Below, in pieces: positions 7,811 to 10,694 of a DNA stretch of 10,694 nucleotides. A program made the translations under genes and the position numbers. Every line of letters starts with the position of its first letter. The stretch's first letter is position 1. The notes beneath the pieces are model-generated. The model was not told the origin of the DNA, searched no databases, and was given only the letters and a program-made list of their open reading frames with translations. Source of the stretch: Amoeboradix gromovi X-113 (taxonomy: Eukaryota > Fungi > Sanchytriomycota); the NCBI GenBank assembly GCA_018985225.1, contig JADGIF010000332.1, positions 1 through 10,694 on the forward strand, written 5' to 3'.

Positions 7811-7815
7811 CGAGG
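7697..7815 (+). ncRNA. Putative Fanzor2 omegaRNA scaffold (copy C); guide would start at ~7816 (AGTCATGGTTTAGAGACAT...)
   Basis: Same stems as copy B. CCUC (7712-7715) complements GAGG (7812-7815). It overlaps the C-terminal tail of the nuclease frame, and similarity to copy B stops 3 nt after the terminal GG. Confidence 0.65.
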
Positions 7816-7986
7816 AGTCATGGTTTAGAGACATTTTTCATAAATGAAGAGAAGGATTATGTGGTTCTATGCGGCTAGAAACTCTGGAAAGTGAGCATTT
7901 TAGAGCATTGAAACCCATGGAATCGCGCTCAATGATTTATTTAATTAAATTTAACCTGTACTACTTGCTTGAGACACTCCGTTTGA

Positions 7987-9597
7987 ATGTGGGAATGGTT
8001 TGTTGTATTTTTCGTACTGCTGATTCTGCTATTATATTGCACTAAGTTCCCAAAAAAAGATGAGTTTCCGAAACTGGAATCTAATGAGCTGGTACACTTG
8101 AAATCAGTAGCTGAACAGCAAAATGATTTATTTCATAAAAAAGGCTATCACGATAGAAAGTACTTTCATAATACAGTATACTGCCCAGCAGACTGCATCT
8201 ATATTAAGAGATTCGGAAATGTCTTTGAATTAATTAAAGAAAATGAGGTGCTATTTAGTACGAAGAATATTCCTGATATTGTGGACAACTGCTGGAGCAA
8301 CCATTGTATGGTAGTGTTACTATGTAGACATAATAGTGAAAAACATTCTCTTAAGCTTTACAACTTCAAACATGAATTGCTGTTCATGACTGAGCCTTTT
8401 CTATTTGAAAATGGAATTTGGTTTTTGAACAACGGATTCTTTTGCTTGGGTGTATTCAGTATTGCTATTGAGCTGCGGTATTATAATTTGGATGACTATA
8501 AGGGCTACCTTATTAAATCATATTCCGAATTATCAGATATTTCTATTTTACCACTGCTTGATAAGGATGAGGCGATTCTATCTGATTTGACGTCTCATAA
8601 GGTTGAGCTAATAAGCCATAATCAAATCGAGAAGGTCCTTAGGCTTTTAAGTAGCGAAAATATGACTATTTGTGGAATTAGAAATGAAAACTATTACAGC
8701 TTTGATGATGAAATGCATCAAATTGTAATATCAAATGTCGTTATGATATCTAAAATATTCCATTTGGACCCTCCTATTGTCAAGGGTAGAATAACAAATG
8801 CTATTTTATACGATACACACCTTATCGCAATTATTTGGCAAAGTGCACATGAATCCTGCATATCCATATTTGATGAGGATTTGGAATCAACTGTTAATGT
8901 TATAAAAAGCTGCGTTGTCTATAATGGAGCATTTATTGATGTTCCTATTATAGAGATAAAGTCTTTTGGTTACGGCTTTTTTTACAAGGTCGAATATATC
9001 CATATCCCACCACTGATATTCAAATACGAAAAGGACATGGCATCTATTACTATGGAAATACCCATGGACATCGAGCTAGAGTACGTGAATTGTTATTTGA
9101 ATGATTTTAAAATTTTGTTGATCTGTCCCAAGAGCTTTAACATACTGAAGAAGCATTATGTGCACGTTATTTTGAGTAATGATAAGCGATACAACGCATG
9201 TCAGTCTGTTGATTTTATTAGGGAACGGCAAGGTTTGGTTATATACTTTGATACGAGTTTATTACACTCCAGAAATATGACACTTTATCTGCAATACTAC
9301 AAGCAATTGTTACTGTTCCTTCAAGAACTATCATGTTATGAGCAAGCTAAAACCACCTTTTATGCAGAAGGTTTAGGTGCGAGTTTGGTGGCGATGAATT
9401 TGAATGACGATGCTTGTCAATACACCTTGAAGAATGGAACGTACTTGTTTGAGAATGATTTAATAATGCAATCACCGCTGAATTTAATATTTTCGGTAAA
9501 ATCCGTTATTTTGGTAATTGGAACAGATGAGATAACCTTGAAATACTTACTACATTTGCAAGAGCACTGTCCGAGAGCATATGGGCTACTTAAATAA
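7987..9597 (+). CDS. Membrane-anchored, divergent prolyl oligopeptidase (S9A)-like protein, probably catalytically inactive
   Basis: 536 aa with an N-terminal TM helix. Segments match POP in order: DEFPKLES...VAEQQN (~DPYRWLED...WVEAQN), a beta-rich propeller-like middle, YIHIPPLIFKY (~SFTTPPTIYRY), FIRERQGLVIY (~WLERGGVYA) and KTTFYAEGLGASLV (~KLAIxGGSNGGLLV). Confidence 0.6.
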   Translation: MWEWFVVFFVLLILLLYCTKFPKKDEFPKLESNELVHLKSVAEQQNDLFHKKGYHDRKYFHNTVYCPADCIYIKRFGNVFELIKENEVLFSTKNIPDIVDNCWSNHCMVVLLCRHNSEKHSLKLYNFKHELLFMTEPFLFENGIWFLNNGFFCLGVFSIAIELRYYNLDDYKGYLIKSYSELSDISILPLLDKDEAILSDLTSHKVELISHNQIEKVLRLLSSENMTICGIRNENYYSFDDEMHQIVISNVVMISKIFHLDPPIVKGRITNAILYDTHLIAIIWQSAHESCISIFDEDLESTVNVIKSCVVYNGAFIDVPIIEIKSFGYGFFYKVEYIHIPPLIFKYEKDMASITMEIPMDIELEYVNCYLNDFKILLICPKSFNILKKHYVHVILSNDKRYNACQSVDFIRERQGLVIYFDTSLLHSRNMTLYLQYYKQLLLFLQELSCYEQAKTTFYAEGLGASLVAMNLNDDACQYTLKNGTYLFENDLIMQSPLNLIFSVKSVILVIGTDEITLKYLLHLQEHCPRAYGLLK

Positions 9598-9726
9598 ATT
9601 TATCCTTTTTTAACTTGACTTTTTGTTATTTTGATAAACTTCTGATCAAGCGATCATTACTTTTACTAGAAAACACGTCGAAAGTGGGATACGGAAAATG
9701 TTGATAACATGAAACCTGTTGCTGAA

Positions 9727-10410
9727 TACCGTTATATTGGTTTATTAAAAAATGCCCGTTAGAGCTTTATAATTACCTTTTTCTGCTATTCATTGCGTGG
9801 TGGGTTAGCCGAACATCTGTAGTCTCATTTGATGGTATAAAATATGAAGTTGTACAAATTCTTAAAATCGCAACCTCAGTCCCAATTATGAAAGATTTAC
9901 TAACATCATATCTTGCTTTTCGCCACCCATCACAATGTCTAAATACAAAATACTGCTTCAAGAAAAACCCCAAAGTTTCTAACTATCGACATTTTATATT
10001 ATCAACACCATAAGAGATACCATCTGATTTCAGATCTCTAAAATAGACCGCTGTTTTTCTATCAAGTACAAGCTAATTTTTTGTTGAGTATATACAATTG
10101 ATCTGCCTGGATTGGTGTCTCCTTTGTTAATGAATCCGAATATAGAACTATTGTAATTATATAATTTCTACTTAGTCTAGTTTATACATTTGATGTCGCC
10201 TTTTTCTGTTAACAGATCAAACATACTTCAGAATAATGGATGCTTTGGAAAGGGTTAAATTTAAGCAATTTGTCATTAGCGTGGAGATACCAAAAGGAAA
10301 GTGTTGCCGGAAACATTGAATGTACATGAAAATACCGTCACACTTGTTATTGACGGAGGAAATGGAAAGAATTTTTTGGAACTCGTTATACAGCTATTTT
10401 GCTTACAGTA
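9727..10410 (+). pseudogene. Possible decayed protein-coding gene of unknown family
   Basis: Successive plus-strand open stretches with protein-like composition (KCPLELYNYLFLL...FILSTP*, MDALERVKFKQFVISVEIP, LPETLNVHENTVTLVIDGGNGKNFLELVIQLFCLQ*) are broken by stops and frameshifts. No family recognised. Confidence 0.25.
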
Positions 10411-10630
10411 AAAAATAAATCAACTAAATAAGAGAAGAATTAGTTTGGCTTAAATTTAAGTTTTTGGAGTACCAGCAGAATCTTTTTGAGCTTGCACAGA
10501 CGTTTTGTAGCCCTTGTATTTCTGCTTGTACATTGCTAAAGAACTTTCCTCTTATACAAAATACTTCGCACTTCTTTGCCTTCAAAAAAGCTAAAACTTA
10601 ATTCGATTTGTTTACTCACATTTTAAATGC

Positions 10631-10693
10631 TCAGTCATCATTGACTTCCTCATAATAGTGCTCAGGTATGAATTTCCTAACCAGTAATCCGAA
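10631..10693 (-). CDS. Possible 3' end of a gene entering from beyond the window
   Basis: Open frame from the window edge: FGLLVRKFIPEHYYEEVNDD*. It is too short to verify. Confidence 0.25.
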   Translation of the reverse strand, partial: FGLLVRKFIPEHYYEEVNDD

Positions 10694-10694
10694 C

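Larger units (their letters stand above)
7225..7815 (+). mobile_element. Non-autonomous IS607/Fanzor2-type element, copy C (internally deleted)
   Basis: Shares its left end (CAGCTtGActaTTTTCTTGAATAAATCATTTATCGCGAATTTG...) and right end (...CTTTTAACGAGG) with copy B. It is preceded by GG (7223-7224). The TnpA-like start is joined to a Fanzor C-terminal fragment at ~7388. Confidence 0.9.

Noticed and set aside
1-10694. CRISPR array, tRNA or rRNA genes
   Set aside because: No regularly spaced short repeats, cloverleaf or rRNA signatures were seen. The repeats present are dispersed transposon copies.

Overview
AT-rich, gene-dense, apparently intron-poor eukaryotic DNA in the standard genetic code. 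The gene set looks fungal or early-diverging-fungal, which is an inference. Host genes are an O-fucosyltransferase-like (CigA-type) membrane glycosyltransferase, a Ulp1/SENP SUMO protease, an HSL-family alpha/beta hydrolase and a membrane-anchored, apparently catalytically dead prolyl-oligopeptidase homologue. Three intergenic spacers each hold a copy of the same ~450-590 bp non-autonomous IS607/Fanzor2-type element: A (~2786-3240, minus strand, old and diverged), B (~4942-5533, plus) and C (~7225-7815, plus). Each copy keeps the left end, the first codons of a serine-recombinase (TnpA)-like HTH, a C-terminal Fanzor2/TnpB fragment and a right end that in B and C folds like an omegaRNA scaffold, but each has a different internal deletion. 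B and C are bounded by GG at both ends and flank the hydrolase gene in direct orientation. The predicted guide and TAM of copy C (TCTGG|AGTCATGGTT...) match a site inside the glycosyltransferase CDS about 7.5 kb away (21/24 nt, first 15 perfect). All alignments and folds were done by eye.
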